In this document: piece by piece, positions 36,435 to 49,400 of the stretch | How the letters are laid out: every line of letters begins with the position of its first letter | Position numbering within the stretch: the first letter of the stretch is position 1 | Origin: Aplysia californica | Taxonomy: Eukaryota | Reading direction: 5' to 3' | Assembly (NCBI RefSeq): GCF_000002075.1 | Contig: NW_004797368.1 | Span: 663,428-727,427, forward strand | DNA: 64,000 nt | The notes under the pieces: model-generated | What the model was told of the DNA's origin: nothing | Databases searched by the model: none | Seen by the model: only the letters and a program-made list of their open reading frames with translations | Position numbers and translations under genes: made by a program

Positions 36435-37374
36435 ATGGCGTCAAATTCATACATGGAAAGACTTCGCACCTTTCATCCTCCACTGCCGCAAAACTTTGTC
36501 AGTTCACTCTCCAACACTCCAGTGAAGTTTGCTGAAGCTGGCTGGGAACGTGCAGGCAATGTTCCAATCTCATCAGATGAGTTAGTATGTCGTTCTTGCA
36601 GTATTAAACACAGTGGTTGGTCAGGGGAATCGCCCCTTGCTGTCCACAGAACCAGAAGTCCAAACTGTCCATTTCTAAACTCGGAACCCAGCACCCCTTC
36701 TCATTTTGTCAATGTTGTTGGCGATAGTGAAACAATATCACCCTCTGTTTTCAATGAAACAATTGAGAAAGCACACATACAGGAGGCAGGAACTATATTT
36801 TCAATATGTAACTCATGTGACACAAGCAATAGAGAAACTCTGAAAAGGAAATTGTTTTCGAATCAATCCAACAGATTAGCCAAATATGGCAGACGTCAAC
36901 CTATTTTACATCCCTTTAAACCCCTTGCTGGTGGGTATCCAATGTTGTTTGAAAGTCTTCGACTGACTACTTACAGTTTACCAAGCTCAGTTGAGGCGGC
37001 AAAATGGTCAAGGGATGGCTTCATCATGATCTCTATCCTCCGAGCCCAGTGTGTTTTCTGTGGACTCCAGTTGGAGTTTGACGTGTGTGTTGACATTGGA
37101 TATGTGCACAAGGAAAAGTCACCTGAGTGTCCTTTTGTGTGTCACTTTGACATGGGAAATATTGCGAGTGAAGAGCAGAGGAGTATTCTGGAGAAAGAAC
37201 GTTCGAAACATTTTGTGGACATTAATGAATGTTTTTCTTCAACTAAGTATAGTGTCATGTACCCTGAATTTGAGAGTTCATCAGACAGATCCGGTACATT
37301 TAGTTTGTGGCCAAAGGTTCTGAAAGGAATGTTTCCCCCTGATGTGATGGCAGATGCAGGTTTCTTCTACTCAG
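36435..37374 (+). CDS. IAP copy B exon 1: BIR1, BIR2 and half of BIR3
   Basis: ORF from ATG; DAGFFYSG|gtgggt. Confidence 0.92.
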
Positions 37375-40300
37375 GTGGGTCTCATCTTCATTAGTTATTG
37401 ATGTAAAGAGCTCTGAATCGTTGCTGTCGTGCTCCAAACCCCCTAAGCGCGACCGACATTTTTTTATAGGAGAGCTTTTTTTGCCAAAAGGTGGGGTTGT
37501 TTGCATGAGGACTTTTTAAATCAACCACTACTCATGGAAAAATATGTTTTCTTCTGAAAACTTTATGCATATGGCAGGGAAATAAGTTGGTCAAGCTGCA
37601 TGAGCAAGTAGATTGATGTGTGCATCTTATATATCTCTTCATAGAAAGATAATAATACTAAAAATAGGGCATTTTTTACTCACCCTGAGTGCACACGTAN
37701 NNNNNNNNNNNNNNNNNNNNNNNNNNNNNNNNNNNNNNNNNNNNNNNNNNNNNNNNNNNNNNNNNNNNNNNNNNNNNNNNNNNNNNNNNNNNNNNNNNNT
37801 CTCTCTCTCTCTCTTTCTTGTCTCTTTAATCACAATTATTTCAACACCCTTCTCAAGAACATTTCATCCTTCAAGTGTCGACAGGCTATTAAATTGGCCA
37901 TAAGTTTCATTTTGTGGTGTCGTGACCACTTTTATTGGCCGTAATTTGAGTCACTAATTTGATTTGTTAATTATGTTTTACGGCATGTGTGTAAAAAAAA
38001 CTGTAAAATTATTCAGTCCTCCTCAGTCAATTTCCTTCATTATTTTTTTATGAAACATTTATTCAAATTGAGATTAAGTCCCTAAAATTTTATTATAGAT
38101 TTCGAAATTATTTATATGAGGTTCCACTCGTTACTGTCATTGGTCATTCATCATTGTCGTATGTCAAAATACAAAATTTACAAAAGAAAAAAACATAGTG
38201 TTGATATGATACTGACTAATATTATCAACTCAAATTTTAGCAAAGAGAAGCTATATATATATTATAAACCTATCTGTCTGCCCCGATCAATATCAGTCGT
38301 AAGATGCACTGTGGTATAATCAGCACGAGGCTCGAAAGGCAAAAAAGTGACTTTTCATGACATTTTTTTGTGGTATATATTGAACATTTGATGTCTTCTT
38401 CTTCATAAGATAAAAATGAACAACTATAATCGACTCTATAAATATTTTATTTTGGAGGTGTGTGTTTATAAAAATTCGTTTTTATTGTGTTTTAGAGCTT
38501 TTAAAAGATTAATTAACCTTCCTCTAGATCTCTCAGAGCGGACTCCTTACCATGAGGTNNNNNNNNNNNNNNNNNNNNNNNNNNNNNNNNNNNNNNNNNN
38601 NNNNNNNNNNNNNNNNNNNNNNNNNNNNNNNNNNNNNNNNNNNNNNNNNNNNNNNNNNNNNNNNNNNNNNNNNNNNNNNNNNNNNNNTATTGCAAACGTA
38701 CAAACGTATAATCAGGTTGCGTAAACATGACAGTAAGCCGACTTGCGGCCTTCCGAGCGCGTGGTTTCGGTGAAATGGGGTAGTTCAGATCTCTCTTTCT
38801 TTGCTCTTTTGCTATAAAACACCAAATGCTCAACACTTTGAAAATTTTCCGGTTTTCTTTGTTATAATAATATTAATAATGTAAGTTGTTTGTATATCGG
38901 GGTAGTTGGGGCTGGAGAATCGCTGTAGAAAGGGAAGCCCCTCGCTGTCAGAATGTGAGGCCCCCCGGTTCAAAATTGACACCCATGCATATGAATGCTT
39001 GGCGGAGAACTATACAGATTTGAGCGTGGTTTCCCGTGCTTTTTATTTTTTGGCCTTTGGCGTTTAGATAGAAAACCTTGAAAAAAGGTCTTGAGTTTTC
39101 AAATATCATTTTTAACACGAAATGCGTAAAATTACGGCTAAAAAAAGGTACCAGTAGAAAGAACAGTTCTTTTTCTTTTAGTTTTAGAATAAAGTCATCA
39201 GCTTGGAATTATTTTGCATGAATCCTTTTGCGAAACTACTGGTAGCACTCCGTATACTACGGTATTTAGCCGGCTCGCTCGCCGCGAAGGCTGGTGCGAG
39301 GCCGGGCGAGACAACGCTCGATGTTTTTATTGAAATAATGACAGATCATTGTGTTTGAGGCAATAAAATACTGATTTGTAATGATCTCACCGTCTTGAAA
39401 AATATTAGGCTTCATCTCTATGTTATAGAGATTGTACTCTTAAAATGTAGAGATGTTTGGTGCACTCGGTACTCTTTTAGTATCTGTCAAACATGCGGTT
39501 GCAGCCAGTTAACGACTTCAGCAGTGAAGTCCATTCTCGTAAAAATTTTGTTTGGTCAATAAGTTTTTTTTTCTCTGTAAATGAATAGTTTTCTACTTCT
39601 GTATGTTACCTTCTAATGGCATATAGCCAAGATAACTGCTAAGTTACAAGTCTCTATTTCAATTCTAAGACCCCATTGCTATGGAAACATGTTGCTCAAT
39701 TTCGGAGGCCATTTTTTCCTTTTCGTGTTTCCTCACATTGCACAATTAAAAGTTCTGTATTTTCGTCAAATATGGTTTTATTTACTTCATTCTTGTTTAA
39801 AATTGTAGGGAAAAGGTGATAGTTTTTAAAAATAATATTAACTCAGTTTTGATATTTCTTCATATGATATTGACCGGCAGGGACACATATATATGCTTCC
39901 CTCAGGTCACAATGACATGGTACGTTGTTTCTCCTGTGGTGTTGAACTCTTTGACTGGATACCTGGTGCTGACCCCCTGACCCAGCATGCCTGTGCCTCT
40001 CCTTTCTGTTACTTCTTGCAGCAGAACAAAGGTCAAGAGTTTATCAATGGCGCTCAACATCAAGAGGTGAGTTGCACAACTTTTTATTGTTGTCTTCCAT
40101 ATTTTGTAACAGTAACTGACATTTTTAACTTGAAATTAGTATTCAGCTTGATAATGTAATGATGCATATTTTTATAGATTTTCCTCAGTCAGGATTTTCC
40201 TCGGTCTAAAGTTGAAACATTGGGTTGTCCCGTTTAATGTTTTACTTACTTTTGTGATTGTGGCCTTTTTAAAATGTACCTCTCAGATTATTCTAAACAA

Positions 40301-42387
40301 TTACTCCTTTTCGTCTGTATGCGCTGGATCCTTCTACTGGAATTTACCGTCCCGTCATCTTATTAGTAAGCCTCCCTTTAAGTGATGTAGAAGACTACCC
40401 TTCTATTAAGACCGGTATTTTGATATTTGAAGGGTTAAACTTTTCACTCAGAGGATCATGGACATTGATTGTTCAAAGTGAACGTAAAATGAGCTTTTAG
40501 AATCTTTTTCTCTTTTTTTTAAACAGTGTTTCTCTCATTATTAACTTGTTTTGTTTTTCTTATATTCTTTACTGCAGCTTGTGGTTGGCATTAAACAAGA
40601 CAGTCAAGCTCAAGGTAGAGTTTACTCTCTAATTGTTGTATGGAGCATACATGGATGTTTTTGTGTTTTTTTTCTTTCTCTCTGTTACTGTATCAATAAC
40701 AAAGTTTTGAAGTTTTTATCCTACTAATTTCTATTTGTTTTGCTTTGTGAGCTTTTTTTTCTTACCAAAGGATTGAATTATTAGAACAGCTACCTTTATC
40801 TTGCACATGATAATTCCCTCTTTTGGGATTGTAACAACAACACTATCTGGCGACAGTAAACAATGGCTGATCATTACATAATGAGCCAGAAATGACACCT
40901 CCAGGTATTCCAGGTATCTGGATAGTTCTGTTTGGTGGAAAGTTTTCATGTATAAATAAATGAAAAAAGTCTGTGTTGTAAATTTTGTAAATATTGTTTT
41001 GTAAAAACGGGGGCTCTCGTGGCCTAGAGATTAAGGTGTTCGCCTCTCATTCAATAGGTCCCAGGTTCGAATCCGGATAGTGACGCAAATTTTTCTTATC
41101 TAAAATTGTCTCCTTTCACCTCCTTTCCTGCTTTCTAGCAATGTTCTGTCATCTGCTTTCGTTTCCACTTTCTGCCCCCACCCTTTCTCCCCCTTCTCCC
41201 CCTCCACTGGGCTACTGACTCTTTTGAGTCCCTCATCCTTTGGTAGGAAAGATCTACACCTAGCCATATCGGACATGGGCGAAAAATCTCAGTGGTCCCA
41301 TATGCAAGTTGCGCACGTTAAAGATCCATTGGTGGTCCAAAATCGATAAGAGCGATAAGAGTAGGCCTCAGCCGCCACCCGGGCAAAATTCAAAATTTCC
41401 TACCAACAAAAAATGTTTAATGTGTCCGGTGTGCTCATATGACCTTATGCAGTTGCAAAGCGCTATAAGACACAAGTTACCCAAAAAAAATTTAACGGAA
41501 AAAATAGTAACAACTCAGTTCTCAGACTGGGGTATTTGTAGAGAATGTAAGTTACTGTCTCAGTAAAAAGATTGGTGAATGTTGTGTTGTTTTTATGTTA
41601 TCCTATTGTTAATGGTCTGCTTTATCTTTTAGTTTTATTGCCAAACCTTTTATAATTGTTTGATGCAATCAACACCTGTCTACCTAGTATAACAGCTATT
41701 TCAATGGACAGATGTTTTTTTCTTCAGTAATTTCATTCAAGTCATGCAAAATATACCATGCTGTATATAATAATCTTTATCACTGAGTCACTGAGTTGAC
41801 CTATTTTTTTTCTTCATTCTGATCAGATCTGGAGGCTGCTACATTATCCACCACACCAACTACCGCAGCAACATCAAACCCATCATCATCGCCACCACCA
41901 GCTGGCCCCAGACCGTACCTGGACCTGGAGTCTATCTCTGCAGCTCGTGCACGTGGGTACAGCACAGAGCAAATCTCTGATGCCATCATCACCTTCTTTT
42001 ACCTGACTTGTGAGTCACTATTCAACAAAAGAAGTAGTTGCTTTTATACAGAATGTCAAGTGACTCTTACAGGGAGTGGGTTGGAGTTGACTTCAGATCT
42101 TCTGAGGTTTAAGGATACAGAGTAAATTTGTATAAATTGTATGTTGTTATTTAAGCTGCTGAGAACGGAATAATTGTTTTTCTGTAAAGTTTAAATCATT
42201 CGTGGCTCCAAACAAGATAATTGAGAGGCCTAGTGAGATGATGTTGATATTCATTTGTCATCATTATCATCATCATGATCATGATGATGATGATGATCAT
42301 CATCATCATCATCATCATCATTTTCATCATCATCATTTTCATCATTGCCATCAACAAGCATCATCATCCTCATCTTCATCGTCGTCG

Positions 42388-42439
<52 letters not shown>

Positions 42440-42505
42440 TGTCATTGTCATCATCATCATTTTCATCATTGCTATCAACAAGCATCATCATCATCATCGT
42501 CATTG

Positions 42506-42572
<67 letters not shown>

Positions 42573-45500
42573 TGTCATCATTGCCATCAACACGAATGCT
42601 CACAGCTGACAAGAGTGATCATGGTGCTCTTTCTCTCCCTGTCAGTGTTCCGACACTGTTAGTTCAGCGGTTCCCTCCATGCTCTCATCTGGCTGTTTAA
42701 TGCTCTATTGTCGTATATATCAGCTTTGTGAAACAAGTGAGGATTATAACATCCAAAACAACATCAAAAGTATTTTACTAAATCAGAGCATCTTTCAACC
42801 ACCAACTTAGAGATCTTGCAACTCGTGTTTCTCTGAGACTGTCTGCTGATTGAAAATAATACCTCGCATACATGTTGAAATTTGTTAGGAGTGACAAGTG
42901 CATGTGTGTGGTTTGTTTGGTTCTTTTTTATACATGATGCTTTTATTTCCCTAGTTTGCTTCCTACAACCTAACATGATTTTGTGGCACTGATTGAACTT
43001 AAACCCCCAAACTGAAATTCATCTCCATGCGGAGAGAGAGAACTGACCTTGATAGGTTTATATCACAAAAACTCTTTCATGTTTTAACTAAGATAGTTTT
43101 TTTCAAGAGGCTTGAATGTTTTGAATCTGAGAAATATGTCATAATATCCCGCACTTTGTGTTTATCATGTTTTTGAATGGTGTTTTCTCTTCTCATCAAT
43201 TTATACAAGTGGGCTATACTATGTAGATTACTTGTGTGTTGTAGTGAATAAAGTTTTTTACCCTGTGTGTGTTTGTGTGTCCAGGTGGCCAGTTCCCCGA
43301 CTCTCCCCTCCTGCTGGGTCTGCTCAAGGCCGGCACTGACCACCACAAAACACTCTGTGACAAAACACAGGAAAACCTGGACATCAGGTCGGAGAACCAG
43401 GTCATTAAGTCTGAGGTTGAGGTCATTAAGTCAGAGAACCAGGTCATTAAGTCAGAGGTGAAGGCCAAGGACACAGAGATCCAGGCCAAGGAGAGAGAAC
43501 TCCAGCGTCAGAGGTTTGAGCGTCACTGGCGTGAGCTGGCCATGAAGACAGAACTGGAACAGGTGAGCTACAACCTTTAACCTGTTTGACCTTTTCACAC
43601 TCCTGCTAAAATAAAAAATATCTGAACCTGTCCTTGTTGACCGTTGTAACCTCATAACCTTACTAACCAGTCCAAAATGTAACCCCTCACTTTTCATATT
43701 TGGGACGGCCTCACACAGCTAGTTATATAATGTATATATAACCATCTGATCCTCCCCTGTGCCCTTTTGTTTTTGGACAATATTGTTTAAATGGATGGTT
43801 TTGATCTTATGAAGGCAAAGCACTTGTTCCGTACTACTACCAGAAAGAAAGAAGACCGAGACAACACACCATAGCTGATATTACATGGCTCCATTCTGAT
43901 GCATACATTGAGAAGTGTGTTATTTTACTACTGGAGAAGTTGCTCCTCCAGGTGGTGTGCAGTGGGCTTATATGTTTCTCCATAACCTTCTGGTTAGAGC
44001 TATTTATGACTGTATTGTGACTGAGCAGACAATAATTTTTGTCTTCTCAGCTGTTATCGAACATTTGAGATGACCAGGCTGTGTAGGCTATCTCTTTGCT
44101 AAGGGTCATCTCAGTGTTAAGTTACCTCTCTGCCAGATGCTGTGTCATTGCATTGGTTTAGAACTTGACATTGTTTAGAATGAGGAAAGAGAAGCACATC
44201 AGTATGATAACATTCATTAAGTTTTTGAAAAGATCAAGGCTGATGGATTGACAGAAACTAGAGGAGGAATGAAAAAGGACCTCATAGTGACAGCTATAGA
44301 ATTTGACTCAAATATTCTAGGTGAAAGTTTGAGCTAGAATGAGGTATGAGTTTTCTTTGACCATCTTTCTGGAAAGGAGAGTCCACAGTTTGATGCACTT
44401 ANNNNNNNNNNNNNNNNNNNNNNNNNNNNNNNNNNNNNNNNNNNNNNNNNNNNNNNNNNNNNNNNNNNNNNNNNNNNNNNNNNNNNNNNNNNNNNNNNNN
44501 NNNNNNNNNNNNNNNNNNNNNNNNNNNNNNNNNNNNNNNNNNNNNNNNNNNNNNNNNNNNNGTGCGTGTGCGTATTTATGGGTGTGTTTGTATGTTTGTG
44601 TGTGTTTTGTATGTTTGTGTGAGTGGGTGTTTGTGTGTCCGTAGGTGTGTACATATGTAAGTACTTCACCATGGTGCAACAGTTACAGGCTGGAGAAACA
44701 CACAGAAATGACAGTAAGAGCGGGCATAATATAAGCTATGCTCGACGAAAGGTCTAAATTGCTAACATCTCATCTCGCGAGATCTCATAAGACGCAGTCT
44801 GCTGAACTGTTACATCTTTTCTATATCAACGTACAACCAGAAGTTTGGTCTACAAGCAGAGATCTTCAGAATAAGATTAATGTTTTTTAAATGTAGTGTT
44901 ATGTGAAAATGAGCAACATCAGGTGGAAAGACTCCCGAAAACCAACGAAGAAGTATGCCATATAACAAGAACATCACCCTGGCTTCCAAACAAAATGAAC
45001 ATATTAAACTGCAAAATTGTTCTCCTCCTATAGAGGCATAATGCACTTTTAAAAGAAGTACTAGGAGGCAAGCGAGAAGGAATGAGGGCAGTAGGAAGGC
45101 ATGGTCTACTTTGAGCTGGCTCGTAAAGTCATGGGCAGCGCTATCGTTAGAACAGTGCACCAGAGCAGCTGACAAACGGAGTGAATAGCGTACGTCGTGT
45201 TTTACTAACGTATCCATCCGACGTGGGGAACTCTGTGCCACCACTTTCCAAAGAGGAAATTTACTCGTTAATCCGATCCGTATACTTTGCATAACAGTCT
45301 ATCAAAATGATTTTTTGAGAAACACTGAATGTTTCAAAGAGATCCTCGCAATAGAAGCATTCTAAAATGTGAAGAATACTACCCCGGGGGTGCAAAATGA
45401 CCCCAGGGCATACGGATAGAGTTATGTGTCAACCTCAGAGGCCTCCAAAGAGAGGACTCCTCCAACCTATCAAAGTATATTTGTTCGTTTGTGTATGTGT

Positions 45501-46402
45501 GAGTGTTTGTTTGTTTGTGTATGTGTNNNNNNNNNNNNNNNNNNNNNNNNNNNNNNNNNNNNNNNNNNNNNNNNNNNNNNNNNNNNNNNNNNNNNNNNNN
45601 NNNNNNNNNNNNNNNNNNNNNNNNNNNNNNNNNNNNNNNNNNNNNNNNNNNNNNNNNNNNNNNNNNNNNNNNNNNNNNNNNNNNNNNNNNNNNNNNNTGC
45701 AGTTGCAAATGGCTATAAAACACAAGTTACCCAAAAAAATGTTACGGAAAAAATAGTAAAAATTCAGTTCTCAGACTGGGGTATCTGTTTCATTCAAGTC
45801 ATGCAAAATATACCATGCTGTATATTATAATCTTTATCACTGAGTCACTGAGTTGACCTATTTTTTTTCTTCATTCTGATCAGATCTGGAGGCAGCTACA
45901 TTATCCACCACACCAACTACCGCAGCAACATCAAACCCATCATCATCATCGCCACCCCCAGCTGGTCCCAGACCGTACCTGGATCTGGAGTCTATCTCTG
46001 CAGCTCGTGCACGTGGGTACAGCATAGAGCAAATCTCTGATGCCATCATCACCTTCTTTTACCTGACTTGTGAGTCACTACTCAACAAAAGAAGTAGTTG
46101 CTTTTATACAGAATGTCAAGTGACTCTTACAGGGAGCGGGTGGGAGTAGACTTCAGATCTTCTGAGGTTTAAGGATACAGAGTAAATTTGTATAAATTGT
46201 ATGTTGTTATTTAAGCTGCTGAGAACTGAATAATTGTTTTTCTGTAAAGTTTAAATCATTCGTGGCTCCAAACAAGATAATTGAGAGGCTTAGTGAGATG
46301 ATGTTGATATTCATTTGTCATCATTATCATCATCATTTTCATCATCATCATTTTCATCATTGCCATCAACAAGCATCATCATCATCATCTTCATCGTCGT
46401 CG

Positions 46403-46442
<40 letters not shown>

Positions 46443-49400
46443 TGTCATCATCATCATTTTCATCANNNNNNNNNNNNNNNNNNNNNNNNNNNNNNNNNNN
46501 NNNNNNNNNNNNNNNNNNNNNNNNNNNNNNNNNNNNNNNNNNNNNNNNNNNNNNNNNNNNNNNNNNNNNNNNNNNNNNNNNNNNNNNNNNNNNNNNNNNT
46601 CACAGCTGGCAAGAGTGATCATGGTGCTCTTTCTCTCCCTGTCAGTTTTCCGACACTGTTAGTTCAGTGGTTCCGTCCATGCTCTCTTTGGGCTGTTGAA
46701 TGCTCTATTGTCATATATATATCAGCTTTGTGAAACAAGAGAGGATTATAACATCCAAGTATCTTACTAAACCAGAGCATCTTTCAACCACCAGCTCAAA
46801 GATCTTGCAACTCGTGTTTCTCTGAGACTGTCTGCTGATAGAAAATAATAACTTAACGGGTTGAAATTTGTTAGGAGTAGACAAGTGCATGTGTGTGGTT
46901 TGTTTAGTTCTTTTTTATAAGATGCTTTTATTTCCCTAGTTTGCTTCCTGCAACCTACTTGATTTTGTGGCACTGATTAAACTTGAACCCCCAAACTGAA
47001 ATTCATATCCATTTGGAGAGAGAAAACTGACCTTGATAGGTTTATATCTCAAAAACTTTTTCATGTTTTAACTGAGATAGCTTTGTTCAAGAGGCTTGAA
47101 TGTTTTGAATCTGAGAAATATGTCATAATATCCCGTACTTTGTATTTATCATGTTTTTGTGTTTTTGAGTGGTGTTTTCTCTTCTCATCAATTTATATAA
47201 GTGATGCCATGTAGATTACTTGTGTGGTGTAGTAAATAGAGTTGTTTACCATGTGAGTGTTTGTGTGTACAGGTGGTCAGTTCCCCGACTCTCCCCTCCT
47301 GCTGGGTCTGCTCAAGGCCGGCACTGACAACCACAAGACGCTCTGTGACAAGACTCAGGAAAACCTGGACATCAAGTCGGAGAACCAGGTCATTAAGTCA
47401 GAGAACCAGGTCATTAAGTCAGAGGTGAAGGCCAAGGACACAGAGATCCAGGCCAAGGACACAGAGATCCAGGCCAAGGAGAGAGAACTCCAGCGTCAGA
47501 GGTTTGAGCGTCACTGGCGTGAGCTGGCCATGAAGACAGAACTGGAGCAGGTGAGCTAGAACCTTTGACCTGTTTGACCTTTTCACACTCCTGCTAAAAT
47601 AAACAATATCTGAACCTGTCCTTGTTGACCTTTGTAACCTCATCACCTTACTAACCTATGTAGTAACCCCTCACCATTCATCTTTGGGACGGCATCACAC
47701 AGCTAGTTATACATACATATAAAACCGTCTGTTCCTCCCTAGTGGCCTTTTGTTTTTTGACCATATTGTTTAGATAGATGGTTTTGATCTTATGAAGGTA
47801 AAGCACTTGTACCGTACCAGGAAACAGAGAAGATGGAAACAATACCCCGTAGCTGATATTACTTGGCTTCATTCTCATGCATACATTGTGAAGTGTGTTA
47901 TTTCAGTCTTGAAGAGGTTGCTCCTCCAGGTGGTGTGCAGTTGGTTTATATGTTTCTCCATAACCTTCTGGTTAGAGCTATTTATGACTGTATTGTGACA
48001 GAGCAGACAATAATTTTTGTCTTCTCAGCTATTATCGAACATTTGAGATGACCAGGCTGTGTTTCTCTTTGCTAAGGGTCATCTCAGTGTTAAGTTACCT
48101 CTCTGCCAGATGCTGTGTCATTGCATTGGTTTAGAACTTGACATTGTTTAGAATGAGGAAAGAGAAGCACATCAGTATGATAACATTCATTAAGTTTTTG
48201 AAAAGATCAAGGCTGATGGATTGACAGAAACTAGAGGAGGAATGAAAAAGGACCTCATAGTGACAGCTATAGAATTTGACTCAAATATTCTAGGTGAAAG
48301 TTTGAGCTAGAATGAGGTATGAGTTTTCTTTGACCATCTTTCTGGAAAGGAGAGTCCACAGTTTGATGCACTTANNNNNNNNNNNNNNNNNNNNNNNNNN
48401 NNNNNNNNNNNNNNNNNNNNNNNNNNNNNNNNNNNNNNNNNNNNNNNNNNNNNNNNNNNNNNNNNNNNNNNNNNNNNNNNNNNNNNNNNNNNNNNNNNNN
48501 NNNNNNNNNNNNNNNNNNNNNNNNNNNNNNNNNNNNNNNNNNNNNNNNNNNNNNNNNNNNNNNNNNNNNNNNNNNNNNNNNNNNNNNNNNNNNNNNNNNN
48601 NNNNNNNNNNNNNNNNNNNTAGAAATAATGCTTTTAAAATAAATAAAGAAATTGCCTGCACGCACCTTCACTCCTTTACCAGATTTATGAGCAAGCTTGA
48701 AAATAAAGGATACATTCGTGTGAGCCAGTATAAAATTAGGATACTGTTAATTATTGCTTTACTTCACTTGTCTGTAAAGATTTATTTTAGGTTAGTTTAT
48801 TAGGATTTAAATTCGTTAAAAGTACATTTCATGGCTCTCAGTGGCCTCAGCAGTGTCTGTAAAATGTCCTGTCTTAAAAAGAGGTATGATGGAAGAAAAC
48901 CGTGTTGTAAAATAACTATTTACCTTCTCAGCCTTTATTTGCTTCTCTTATACTTCTTAATCATGTAACTGTAATAGAACTGTATAATCTGCCCCTCTCC
49001 CCCCCCCCGCCCCGTTCAACACATACAGAACTGGTAGACTGTTTTTTACTATTTTATCAAGATTTTTTCATTAGGCCAGAGACTGCTCGTTTGGTAGGTG
49101 TTGATTACCCCTCCTCACCTAAATATCCTGTAATGAGGGTTTTCACTTCAGGGGGTCTCTCATAGGGTACCTTTAATTTAACTTTTTCCTTTTTCCTTTA
49201 ACTGGTACCAGTGTGTGTAGCGGGGAGAAACAAATGTCTGACAGCAACAAGTCAACTGGCTTAGAGGAGGGTCAAGTTGTGGGTGTTCTGACGATATCCT
49301 TAACAGAGTCGATCCAGCAATGTCTTGGTCTCCCTCTGTTTCTCCAGCTAGAGTACCACTCAAGGAAATAATGTCTTTGTTCCTGTATTGTGAGGCCTTG

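Noticed and set aside
42202-42700. Poly-His/Ser/Ile/Met/Asp ORFs (also 3649-4136, 8217-8585 and 46262-46662)
   Set aside because: Trinucleotide microsatellite translations within introns.
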